Made by a program: the position numbers and the translations under genes
In this document: positions 36,984 through 46,431 of the stretch, in pieces
How the letters are laid out: every line of letters starts with the position of its first letter
How positions within the stretch are numbered: position 1 is the first letter of the stretch
Notes under the pieces: model-generated
Told to the model about the DNA's origin: nothing
The model's input: the letters and a program-made list of their open reading frames with translations, nothing else
Database searches by the model: none
DNA from: Nannocystis bainbridge
GTDB taxonomy: Bacteria > Myxococcota_A > Polyangia > Nannocystales > Nannocystaceae
Reading direction: 5' to 3'
Assembly: GCF_028368995.1 (NCBI RefSeq)
Contig: NZ_JAQNDL010000005.1
Coordinates: forward strand, 544,001-608,000
Length of the DNA stretch: 64,000 bases

Positions 36984-39341
36984 ATGACCCACTCTTTCAT
37001 TCGTACTACTGGTATTCGCGCGGGCCTGTTCACCGGCGCCCTGCTGCTCGCGGCCGCCGGCTGCGACGCCGACGTCGGCGTCAACCTCGACGTCGAGCCC
37101 CCGAACCTCACCGGCGGCGGCAGCGGCGGCGGCAACCTCAGCGTGTGCGGCGACGGCCAGCTCGGCTACGGCGAGGAGTGCGACCTCGGCGTCGCCAACG
37201 GCCCCGGCAGCGCGTGTCGCACCAATTGCCTGCTCAACGTCTGCGGCGACCACGAGGTCGGCGCCTACGAGGAGTGCGACCTCGGCCAGGCCAACGGCGA
37301 CGACAAGGCCTGCACCGCCGAGTGTCTGCTCGCCACCTGCGGCGACGGCCTGCTCGGCCCCGGCGAGCCGTGCGACGACGGCAACGGCGTCGACGGCGAC
37401 GCCTGCACCAACGCCTGCACCCTGCCCGACTGCGGCGACGGCATCATCCAGGTGCTCGAGGCCTGCGACGACGGCAACACCGTCGACGACGACGCCTGCA
37501 GCAACGTCTGCGTCGCGGCCGTGTGCGGCGACGGCGACCTGCAGCCCGGCGCCGGCGAGCAGTGCGACAACGGCCCGGCCAACGGCCCCGCCGCCGCCTG
37601 TCGCGCCAATTGTCTGCTCAACACCTGCGGTGACGGCAACCTCGGCCCCGGCGAGGCCTGCGACAACGGGGTCAACAACGCCGACCACGCCGCCTGCAAG
37701 CTCGATTGCACGATCGGCGTGTGCGGCGACGGCCACGTCGGGCCGATGGAGGGCTGCGACGACGGCAACGCCGTCAACAACGACGCCTGCTCCAACGCGT
37801 GCAAGCTCCCGACCTGCGGCGACGCCATCGTCCAGGCCACCGAGGCCTGCGACGACGGCAACAAGTCCAACACCGACAACTGCACCAACACCTGCACGGC
37901 CAAGGCCTGCGGCGACGGCTACTCCCAGCCCGGCGAGAGCTGCGACCTGGGCGCCAACAACAGCAACGGCAACATCTGCACGCTCAGCTGCAAGTACGCG
38001 ACCTGCGGCGACGGCCTCCTCTACAACCAGGGCAGCGGCACCGAGCAGTGCGACAACGGCCCCAACAACGGCGCCAACAAGGCCTGCCTCGCCAACTGCA
38101 AGATCAATATCTGCGGCAACGGCGATCGCGGCCCCGGCGAGGCCTGCGACGACGGCAACCTCGTCAGCGGCGACGGCTGCAGCTCGCTGTGCGCGATCGA
38201 GGCCTGCGGCAATGGCATCGTCGATCAGGGCGAGCAGTGCGACGACGGCATGGATCACGATCAGGACGACGGGTGCACCGACCTGTGCCGCTTCCCCGCG
38301 TGCGGCGACGGCTTCACCCAGGCGAGCCTCGGCGAGACCTGCGACGCCGCCAATGTCAACAGCGACAGCGGCGCGTGCACGCTGAGCTGCAAGCTCGCGA
38401 CCTGCGGCGACGGCCACCTGCAGCTCGGCGTCGAGCAGTGCGACGGCGGCGACGACAACGGCGAGGACCAGCCCTGCAAGCCCGACTGCACCGGCGGCAT
38501 CTGCGGCGACGGCTTCGTCTCACCGACCGAGCCGTGCGACGACGCCAACCTCGTCAACGAGGACGGCTGCACCAACGTCTGCAAGCTGCCGACCTGCGGC
38601 GACGGCTTCCTGCAGGCCGGCGAGCCGTGCGACGAGGGCGAGGCCAACGACAACGGCGGCACCTGCACCCTCGCGTGCACCCTGCCCGCCTGCGGCGACG
38701 GCTTCCTTCAGGCCGGCGAGGCCTGCGACGACGGCAACCTCGTGCAGACCGACGACTGCCTCAACAACTGCCAGCTGCCGGTGTGCGGCGACGGCTTCGT
38801 GTGGGCCGGCCACGAGACCTGCGAGGACCTCAACACCGCCGAGGCCGACGGCTGCTTCGCCTGCACCGCCGCCCGGCGCGTGTTCGTCACCAGCACCTTC
38901 TACGACGGCAACCTCGGCGGCCTCGCCGGCGCCGCCGCGAAGTGCCAGGAGCGCGCCCTCGCGGCCGGCCTCGGCGGCACCTGGGACGTCTGGCTCAGCA
39001 CCGACGAGAGCACCCCGCTGGCCCGCCTGGTGCCGTCCCTCGCCGGCTACCGGCGGCGCGACAGCGTCATCGTCGCCAACACGTTCGCCGACCTGACCGA
39101 CGGCACCGTCGACATCGCCATCAACGTGACCGAGACCCTGTCCTCGGTCGCGGCCTCGGACGTGTGGACCGGCACCACCTCCGCCGGCCTCCTGGCGACC
39201 CACCACTGCTCCAACTGGACGAGCAACAACGCCGCCCTGTCGGGCCGGATCGGCCGCACCAGCCTGACCAACCTCGGTTGGACCGACTCGACGGTCGGCG
39301 CCTGCAACACCGCCCGTCGCCTGTACTGCGTCGAGCTCTGA
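36984..39341 (+). CDS. DUF4215-DUF1554 lipoprotein, paralog 3
   Basis: AGGAG RBS; AAAGC; 18 modules; RVFVTS...RLYCVEL. Confidence 0.92.
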   Translation: MTHSFIRTTGIRAGLFTGALLLAAAGCDADVGVNLDVEPPNLTGGGSGGGNLSVCGDGQLGYGEECDLGVANGPGSACRTNCLLNVCGDHEVGAYEECDLGQANGDDKACTAECLLATCGDGLLGPGEPCDDGNGVDGDACTNACTLPDCGDGIIQVLEACDDGNTVDDDACSNVCVAAVCGDGDLQPGAGEQCDNGPANGPAAACRANCLLNTCGDGNLGPGEACDNGVNNADHAACKLDCTIGVCGDGHVGPMEGCDDGNAVNNDACSNACKLPTCGDAIVQATEACDDGNKSNTDNCTNTCTAKACGDGYSQPGESCDLGANNSNGNICTLSCKYATCGDGLLYNQGSGTEQCDNGPNNGANKACLANCKINICGNGDRGPGEACDDGNLVSGDGCSSLCAIEACGNGIVDQGEQCDDGMDHDQDDGCTDLCRFPACGDGFTQASLGETCDAANVNSDSGACTLSCKLATCGDGHLQLGVEQCDGGDDNGEDQPCKPDCTGGICGDGFVSPTEPCDDANLVNEDGCTNVCKLPTCGDGFLQAGEPCDEGEANDNGGTCTLACTLPACGDGFLQAGEACDDGNLVQTDDCLNNCQLPVCGDGFVWAGHETCEDLNTAEADGCFACTAARRVFVTSTFYDGNLGGLAGAAAKCQERALAAGLGGTWDVWLSTDESTPLARLVPSLAGYRRRDSVIVANTFADLTDGTVDIAINVTETLSSVAASDVWTGTTSAGLLATHHCSNWTSNNAALSGRIGRTSLTNLGWTDSTVGACNTARRLYCVEL

Positions 39342-39764
39342 GCGCCGCGCCCGCGCGAGGCGACTGCCGGCACTCTCGGGTGACCGGCAGTTCGTCTTTC
39401 GCCGGCCGCCGGGACCGCGAAGATCATCCTCTACACGATCGACCTGCGGAGCGCCGCGAGAGCGCGCGGAGGAGCGCCTCGTCCGACGGCTGCAGACCGC
39501 TCGCGCGCTGTCGTCGCGCCCGGTGTGCCCGGATCTCGCCGAGGCTCGCGCACTCGCGGTCGAAGTCTCCGCCCTTCGTGTGTGGCGAAGGCCCGACGCG
39601 CGGGTTCGACGGCATGGGAACCCCTCGATCGATCGCCCCTGGACTTCACCTTGCCGCGCGCGTCCGCATCGCCCCGGTCCCCGAATGGTCGACCTCGCGC
39701 CTCGGCGCGACCTCTCGCCGCGAAATCACGGAGCCCGTCGGGACGATGGTGTTAGTATCCGCCG

Positions 39765-41357
39765 ATGCTCTGTTCGCGTGCCTTGGTGGTCCTCTCATCG
39801 TTCGTCCTCTCTTCCCTCGTCGTCGCGTGTGGCGACTCCAGCTCCGGACCTACCAGTCAGGCATCCGCGAGCGAGTCCGGCGCCACGGACCCGAGCACCG
39901 GCAGCACCGCCAATCTCCCGACCAGCACCAGCAACGGCACCGACCCGACCACCGACGGTACCAACGGCAACAGCAACAGCGACGGCACCACCACCAGCAC
40001 CAGCACCAGCACCACGACGACTTCGACGACCACCGTCGACCCGTCGACCACCTCGACCGAGACGACGATGGGCGTCGACACGACGACCACCACCGGCGGC
40101 TTCAAGTTCGACCTCGGCCAGCAGGCCGACGTCGACGTCGTCATGCCGGGCAAGGGCTCGTGTCGGCCGTCCGAGACCTACGGCGCCGCTGGCGGCTTCC
40201 CGAAGTACACGGACCCGGCGTTCGCCCCGTTCCTCGAGAAGTCGATCGCCATCGTCACCCACACCGTGCACAACCCGGCGCCGAACGACTTCGCGCTGAC
40301 GATCGTCGACATCTCGGGCGACGCGCCGCCGCCCAACACCAACTACCTCGCGCCGCTCTACCACCACTCGAGCTGGACCTCGGCCAACCTCGGGCGGATC
40401 TTCGGCGTGACGCTCGACTCCGACGGCAACATCTACGTCGCCGCGACGACCGCCTACGGCGCCAACCCGACGCCCGCGGTGATCAAGCGCATCGACAGCG
40501 TCACCGGCGTGATCTCGACCTTCGCCACCCTGCCGAACAACGGCCCCGCGTTCGGCAACCTCAACTATGACTGCGTCAGCGAGACGATCTACGTCAGCAA
40601 CTTCGAGGACGGCCGCATCTACCAGGTCGACCTGAACGGCCAGGTCGTCAGCACCTTCCACCACGCCAGCAAGACGGTGTCGATGGGCCTGCCCAACGAT
40701 CCGGGCGAGCCCAACGGCGCCTACGCCCCGCTCGGCGAGCGCCCGTGGGCCGTGCAGTCCAACGCCGGCCGGCTCTACTACAGCCTGTGGGTCGAGCACA
40801 GCAACATGCCCAACCCGAACCGCGAGAACGAGGTCTGGTCGGTCGGCTACGTCGACGAGACCGGCGTCATCGACCCCAGCACCGCCAAGCTGGAGTTCTC
40901 GCTGCCGACCATCGGCGGCGGCCAGGGCTCGAGCCCGGTGTCCGACATCAGCTTCGCCCAGACCGGCTGGATGCTGGTGGCGCAGCGGACCATGATCCAG
41001 GACAACGTCACCTCGGCCCACCAGTCGACCACGTTCGAGTACGACTACCAGAACGGCCAGTGGGTGTTCCTCGGCACCACCTACGTCGTCGGCGAGCTGC
41101 TGCCCTACAGCGCCTGCGGCGGCGTCGACCACTCGTTCGAGGAGGACGGCTACGTGTGGATGACGGGCGACGCGCTCGACTTCTACACCCCCAACGTCGT
41201 CTACGGCCTGCAGGGCACGCCCTACGGCGGCGGCGGCATCGCCACCAGCACGATCATCGACCTCGACCACGAGATCGTGAACCAGGACAAGGGCATCTAC
41301 GGCGACGTCGAGATCCCGATCCCCGGCGACGCGACCCCGGTGCCCCCGCCGATGTGA
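39765..41357 (+). CDS. Surface lipoprotein with Thr/Ser stalk and probable beta-propeller
   Basis: LVVAC lipobox; TTTSTST linker; FGVTLDSDGNIYVA and IYVSNFEDGRIY blades. Confidence 0.85.
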   Translation: MLCSRALVVLSSFVLSSLVVACGDSSSGPTSQASASESGATDPSTGSTANLPTSTSNGTDPTTDGTNGNSNSDGTTTSTSTSTTTTSTTTVDPSTTSTETTMGVDTTTTTGGFKFDLGQQADVDVVMPGKGSCRPSETYGAAGGFPKYTDPAFAPFLEKSIAIVTHTVHNPAPNDFALTIVDISGDAPPPNTNYLAPLYHHSSWTSANLGRIFGVTLDSDGNIYVAATTAYGANPTPAVIKRIDSVTGVISTFATLPNNGPAFGNLNYDCVSETIYVSNFEDGRIYQVDLNGQVVSTFHHASKTVSMGLPNDPGEPNGAYAPLGERPWAVQSNAGRLYYSLWVEHSNMPNPNRENEVWSVGYVDETGVIDPSTAKLEFSLPTIGGGQGSSPVSDISFAQTGWMLVAQRTMIQDNVTSAHQSTTFEYDYQNGQWVFLGTTYVVGELLPYSACGGVDHSFEEDGYVWMTGDALDFYTPNVVYGLQGTPYGGGGIATSTIIDLDHEIVNQDKGIYGDVEIPIPGDATPVPPPM

Positions 41358-41382
41358 TCGGCGCCCACGCGCCGTGAAAGAC

Positions 41383-41417
41383 CGAGGTCCCCTCGCCGCG
41401 CGGCGACGGGGACCTCG
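41383..41417. terminator. Stem-loop between convergent genes
   Basis: CGAGGTCCCC...GGGGACCTCG arms with an inner TCGCCG/CGGCGA stem. Confidence 0.55.
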
Positions 41418-41533
41418 CTCGTTTCGTCGTCCCACCGCGCCCGACGGGTCACCGCGCTCGCGCGACGATGCGGTCCCGCTCGCCGCACGACGGGGACCTC
41501 GCACGAGTCACCGCCGCGCTCGCGCGAACGGCC

Positions 41534-43378
41534 TCACGGGATCGTGACGGGGACCTCGATCGTGTTGTTGTCGTACACGCGCTCGTTGAGCAGCGGCAGC
41601 GCCCACTCCGGGCGCGGCTGGTTGACCGAGATCTGCAGCGTGTACTCGCCGGGCGGGACGCCGGTGACGTCGACCCACTGGCACGGCAGGCCGGCCTCGT
41701 AGTGGTCGGTGAAGCCGCGGCTGATGCCCTGATTGGCGCAGTCGAACCGCGGCAGCGCCAGCGGCCACGCCCAGCTCACGGTGTCGAGCATGCAGAACGC
41801 CTGCTTGTGCCCGGTCGCCACCACCATGTCGCCTTCCTGGTCGCGCAGCTCGTAGCGCGCGAACTCGTCGAAGTGATAGTGGTCGTGGCAGCCGCTGTAG
41901 TGGAACAGCTCGGGGTGGTTGGCGGGGATGCCCATCACCAGGTCGGCCGAGCCGATGTTCGGCATCGCCGCCGTGAACAGCATCAGTCGCCGCATGCCGA
42001 GGTCGCCGAGGCAGCCCTCGGCGACCTCGCAGGTGTCCTTGGTGGCGAGGATCTCGGTGAACAGCGGACTTATCCACGTGCCGTCGACGATCAGGTCGGG
42101 CGCGTCGCAGCCGAGCGGCCCGTTGCCGGGCGCGTCCGGGGTCGCGGGCGGGCTTGCGAAATCGAGGCCGGCGACCGGCTCGGTGCAGCGATAGACGCCG
42201 GTGTTGAGCACGCCCTGCGAGCAGCACAGCAGCGCCTCGGGGCAGGCGGCAGGGCCCGCGCCCGGATCGCACAGCCCATCGAGGCCCGACGCGCAGATCG
42301 TCGGCTCGGCGTGGGCGCGCACGATCACCGAATCGATCGCCGCCTCGAGGATCCCCGCGCCCTCGTCGGTGGCGGTGAGGCGCAGCCGCGAGCCCGCGGC
42401 CATCGGCACCCCGCACGCCCCGTACTCGCGCGGGGTCCACAGGTTCGCCGGCGCCAGCGCGTGGTCGACATCGAGCCGCTCGAGCTCGTGCGCGACGGGA
42501 TTGCCCTGCGCGTCGGGCACCAGCAGCTCGACCTTCAACGCCGACAGCGCGCCGGGCTCCGACTTGTAGAAGAAGCGGTGGAGCTGCACGGTCGCGGTCG
42601 CGGCGCCCTCGAGGTCGAACTCGGGCGAGGTGACGATCGTGCTGCCGCCGGCGACGTCGGCCGCGTCGGCCAGCCCGCCCGGGTTGTGCCCGGTGAACAG
42701 GCAGTTCAGCCCCGTGGCGCACAGCTCCGGCTGCGACAGGTCGCCGGCGTGCGAGGTGCCCTCCGGGTTGCCGCGCACCCACGCGCCCGCGCCCGCGTCG
42801 CCCTCGATCTGCCACGCGAAATCGCCGTCGAACTCCTCCTCGAACACGATCCCGGTCAGGCCGTCGGACTTGGTGGTGAAGCTCCACGCCGGCCGCTTGA
42901 GCGAGACCCGCGTCGGATCGTCGGCCTCGAACGCCTGCACCTGCCACGAATAGGTGGTCTCGAAATTGAGGTCGAGCGGGCCGACGCACGGACCGGGGTA
43001 GCCGGGCTCCTCGCCGAGGATGCCGTGCGTCAGCTCGGTGTCGTCGACGAACACGCGGTAGCGCACCGCCTCGCCCTCCGGATCGACGACTGGCTCCCAG
43101 CACAGCAGGGCCGCGGTCGACACGTCGGTCGCGCCGTCGACCGGCGAGACGAGGAACGGCGGCAGCGGCAATTCGTCGACGCCGGGCGCCCCGGTGGTCG
43201 GCGGGCCCGTTCCGCTCGAGCCGGCCGAGGCCTCGCCGCTCGAGCTCTCGCCCCCGCTCGAGGAGGTCGATGCGGCCTGCGCGGTCGTCGTGTCGCCGCG
43301 GCCGCACGCGAGCAGCACGAGCGCGCCGCCCAGCGCCACGCGCCTGGAATTGCCTCGATCGCGCGAAACGCCGCTCAC
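41534..43378 (-). CDS. Lysyl oxidase family lipoprotein (FN3-like and MAM-like N-terminal domains)
   Basis: Cu-site SGCHDHYH; GHKQAFCMLD (LTQ Lys); QGISRGFTDHY (LTQ Tyr); CQWVDVTGVPPGEY; ERVYDNN; lipobox VLLAC. Confidence 0.9.
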   Translation of the reverse strand: MSGVSRDRGNSRRVALGGALVLLACGRGDTTTAQAASTSSSGGESSSGEASAGSSGTGPPTTGAPGVDELPLPPFLVSPVDGATDVSTAALLCWEPVVDPEGEAVRYRVFVDDTELTHGILGEEPGYPGPCVGPLDLNFETTYSWQVQAFEADDPTRVSLKRPAWSFTTKSDGLTGIVFEEEFDGDFAWQIEGDAGAGAWVRGNPEGTSHAGDLSQPELCATGLNCLFTGHNPGGLADAADVAGGSTIVTSPEFDLEGAATATVQLHRFFYKSEPGALSALKVELLVPDAQGNPVAHELERLDVDHALAPANLWTPREYGACGVPMAAGSRLRLTATDEGAGILEAAIDSVIVRAHAEPTICASGLDGLCDPGAGPAACPEALLCCSQGVLNTGVYRCTEPVAGLDFASPPATPDAPGNGPLGCDAPDLIVDGTWISPLFTEILATKDTCEVAEGCLGDLGMRRLMLFTAAMPNIGSADLVMGIPANHPELFHYSGCHDHYHFDEFARYELRDQEGDMVVATGHKQAFCMLDTVSWAWPLALPRFDCANQGISRGFTDHYEAGLPCQWVDVTGVPPGEYTLQISVNQPRPEWALPLLNERVYDNNTIEVPVTIP

Positions 43379-44218
43379 GCCCGCATCGTAGCCCGTCGCG
43401 CGCGGGCCGTCACCGTGCGGGCGACGTCAGGGCGGCTTCGCCCAGGCCCCGCGGCCGCACAGCAGGACGGGCCTTTCGCGCGTCCCTCGTGCGCGGACCT
43501 GCCTGCGTGAGGGCCGCCGGGCTCTTCACGTCGCGGGCTTCGACCGCGCCATGCTTCGGGCCGCACGGGACGTCACTCGAGCGCGGAGTCCCCGAGGAAC
43601 TCGACGGCGGTGCGCGGGTCGACCATGGGCGCGGAGACCTGCCCGGTCATTCGCCAGATTGCGTCGACACCTGCGTATCGTCAATATGGACATACGAACA
43701 CCACGGCTGCGCCTGCTCGCATCGCCGATTCGCACCTCATCCGTCAGGCTTGCGAGTCGATCCTCATGACTCGAAGGGACACATCTTTAAGAAACAATCG
43801 CAGCACGCCCTGCGCGGCGACGGTCGGTTGCCCCGCGAGCGAGGAGTCAGGGAATTCGGAAACGACGATTCCGAGCCCCCGAGGAGAGCAGGACGTCAGG
43901 CCGGCGCGCGCCGACGCTGTTGCGATTGCTCATGCTCGAGCCTTGACGGATTCTCGCCTCTGCGGCAACCCATTCGGGCTTCCGAGCCGGGGAATTGCCG
44001 CCTTGGCGCCCCGGCAATTCGCACCGTCGGTACAGATCTTGGAAGCGATTTAAATAGAGTGACTTTAAAAACTCGCGGGCCTAAGCTCGGTGAAGCTTGG
44101 ATCTCGTTCGGCCGCGCTCCCCGCGTCGCCGGGGGTCCATGCATGGATTGGAGCTTGCGTGAACATCGAAACGTTCGTAGCGACCGCTCGTCGGGTGGTT
44201 CAGACCTCTTATTTGCCG

Positions 44219-46237
44219 ATGGCCGGCGCCCTCGTGCTCGCATCGGTATACGCGACGCCGCGGATCGCCGAAGCCTACCCCGTCAAGCCGCCCTGGCGGG
44301 CGGATTCGCTGCCGGCGGACAACTTCATGATCACCAAGGGGCACGGCGGGTACAACTGCCCCGGCAATTGTGGCATCGACCTCAAGGTCTGGCGATTGGA
44401 CCCCACGAGCTCGGCCTGGACGTTCCTCAAGCCGGGATCCACGGCGACGCCGACGCCGCACGAAGATCATCTCGCGTGGGGCATGCCATTGTTCTCACCG
44501 GTCGATGGTGAGGTGGTCGCCTGCTGGTGGAACATGGAGGAGGACCTGCCTGGTGGTTCGGTGGGGCCTACCAACGGCGAGCCGCTGTCATGCTTCTCGA
44601 CCCCGGACGGCGGGTGTGTCGTCTCGGGCAATCACCTGATGATCCGCACCTTCGACGGTCACGTCGTCTATCTGGCGCATCTCCAGCGCGGCAGCATCCC
44701 GGCCGGGCTGTGCCCGATCCCCGGGACGGCCACGACCAACCTGACGCTGACGGCGTCGTCCGGAGAGGTGTGCAACAAGAGCGGTTGGGGGGGGATGTGG
44801 AACGGGGCGCGCCTCGATCTGCAGCCAGGATTCACCGCGTACCCTCAGGTCAAGAAGGGTGATTTCGTCGCCCGAATCGGGAGCAGCGGCGGATCGGATG
44901 CACCGCACCTCCACATGAGCGTGTACGAGTATTCGGAGGACTCAATCGTCACCAAAAACCCCTGCATTCGCGGGGAGCCGTGGGAATTCAGCGAGGCGTT
45001 CTCGCAGGAGGTCGTTTCGGGCGTCGAGCCCGACGTGAACGACTGGGACCGGCTCGAGGGCGAAGAGCTGCCGTTCGACGGCATCACCGGCTTCCACTTG
45101 TGGGGCGACCCGCTCGGGCCGCGCAACGACCACGTCTTCGTCGAGAACGGCACGATGCCCGCGGTGGCCGCCACTGCCTCCGGCGGCCTCATCGCCTACA
45201 AGAACTCCTCGAACATCCTCGAGGCGGCCGGCTTCACGATCGACCTCGCGGGCCAGATCGACCTCGGGCCCGAGGACGTGCGGTCCGGGGCCGTCGACTT
45301 CGACGTCGCGCGGATCAACCAGGTCGACCCGCACGCCGTGGTGGCGTACATCGACGGCACGACGACGCGACTGTCGCTCCTCCCGTACTTCGTCGAATCG
45401 GACGCCGACATCATCGCGGGCGGCTTGCACAGCGAGCTCAGCTCCGGCGCACAGTTGGTCCGCGCGACGGCGTCGCCGAACGACAACGGCATCGTCGTCG
45501 CCATCAAGAACAGCCTCGACGGCGTCTCGGTGGTCAACTACGAGACGACCCGGGTCGGCACCCACATCACCGTCTCGCGCGAGGCCAGCGATCTCACCTC
45601 GCCCGAGATCATCGACCTCGACGTCGCCACCATCGTGGCCGGGCGCGCGCGCAGCGAGACCACCGGCGCCTTCAAGGGCGTGGTGACGGCGGAGCGGCGC
45701 GACGACAATACGCTGTGGCTGCAGAGCTGGAAGCTCGACTCGACTGGGTCGAACCTCGACCAGATCGACGCGAAGCAGGTCACGACCCTCGTGGGCAACG
45801 TCGGCTTCGGGGTGAGCGAGGTCGACGTCACGGTGACCGGCAGCTTCGGCCGCGAGTACATCCTGGTGTCGTCGGCGCTCGACACTGGTTCGAGCAGCCT
45901 GCGGCTCCAGACCTGGGAAGTCTCGTCGCTCGGGATCCTCGGCAAGGTCGACCAGTTCGACGGCGGCGGGCCGATCTCGCACCTGTCCTCGACCCGCTCC
46001 GGCCTGCAGGACGCGCTCGTCGGCATGCGCCTCGGCACCTCCAGCCACACCCTGCTGTCGTTTCACGTGACCTCCGACGGGCTCATCCGCCGCGTCGGCA
46101 CGTGGGACGGCGAGAACATCCAGGCCCTGGCGCTGGCCGGGCGCAGCTCGCAGGAGGACGCGATCGCCCTGTTCCGCACCGCCTCCGGCATGCTCGACCT
46201 GGCCCGCTACGTCACCAATTATATGTGGTCCCTCTGA
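44219..46237 (+). CDS. Secreted M23/LytM-fold protein with C-terminal beta-rich (propeller-like) region
   Basis: GIDL, SPVDGEVV, GNHLMI, YLAHLQRGS, VKKGDFVARIGSSGGSDAPHLH; start uncertain (44090, 44159 or 44219). Confidence 0.8.
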   Translation: MAGALVLASVYATPRIAEAYPVKPPWRADSLPADNFMITKGHGGYNCPGNCGIDLKVWRLDPTSSAWTFLKPGSTATPTPHEDHLAWGMPLFSPVDGEVVACWWNMEEDLPGGSVGPTNGEPLSCFSTPDGGCVVSGNHLMIRTFDGHVVYLAHLQRGSIPAGLCPIPGTATTNLTLTASSGEVCNKSGWGGMWNGARLDLQPGFTAYPQVKKGDFVARIGSSGGSDAPHLHMSVYEYSEDSIVTKNPCIRGEPWEFSEAFSQEVVSGVEPDVNDWDRLEGEELPFDGITGFHLWGDPLGPRNDHVFVENGTMPAVAATASGGLIAYKNSSNILEAAGFTIDLAGQIDLGPEDVRSGAVDFDVARINQVDPHAVVAYIDGTTTRLSLLPYFVESDADIIAGGLHSELSSGAQLVRATASPNDNGIVVAIKNSLDGVSVVNYETTRVGTHITVSREASDLTSPEIIDLDVATIVAGRARSETTGAFKGVVTAERRDDNTLWLQSWKLDSTGSNLDQIDAKQVTTLVGNVGFGVSEVDVTVTGSFGREYILVSSALDTGSSSLRLQTWEVSSLGILGKVDQFDGGGPISHLSSTRSGLQDALVGMRLGTSSHTLLSFHVTSDGLIRRVGTWDGENIQALALAGRSSQEDAIALFRTASGMLDLARYVTNYMWSL

Positions 46238-46246
46238 ATTACGAAC

Positions 46247-46266
46247 ACATGTCCTCGAGGACATGT
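46247..46266. repeat. ACATGT element, perfect 20-bp palindrome
   Basis: ACATGTCCTCGAGGACATGT, 9 nt after the M23 stop codon. Confidence 0.9.
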
Positions 46267-46286
46267 CGATGAAAACGTGATCCCAT

Positions 46287-46313
46287 TCCGGAGCTCGCCC
46301 GCCGAGCTCCGGA
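46287..46313 (+). terminator. Stem-loop downstream of the M23 gene
   Basis: TCCGGAGCTCG-N5-CGAGCTCCGGA followed by CCGGTGCTTTT. Confidence 0.5.
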
Positions 46314-46431
46314 CCGGTGCTTTTCGCTGACCTCGCGCCGAGGTGTGTCGATCCCGCCGCCATACGACCTGCGGCGCGCCCTCACCCGCCCTGCCCTCGA
46401 CCGCGCGTCCCGGCCCCGCTACCCTCGCCGG

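Noticed and set aside
34180-39341. Diversity-generating retroelement targeting the CLec-like tips
   Set aside because: No reverse transcriptase, and no template repeat differing only at adenines is visible; the tips differ at all base types
43610-44053. 147-aa ORF between the lysyl oxidase and M23 genes
   Set aside because: No GC3 bias, RBS or motif; more likely divergent promoter DNA
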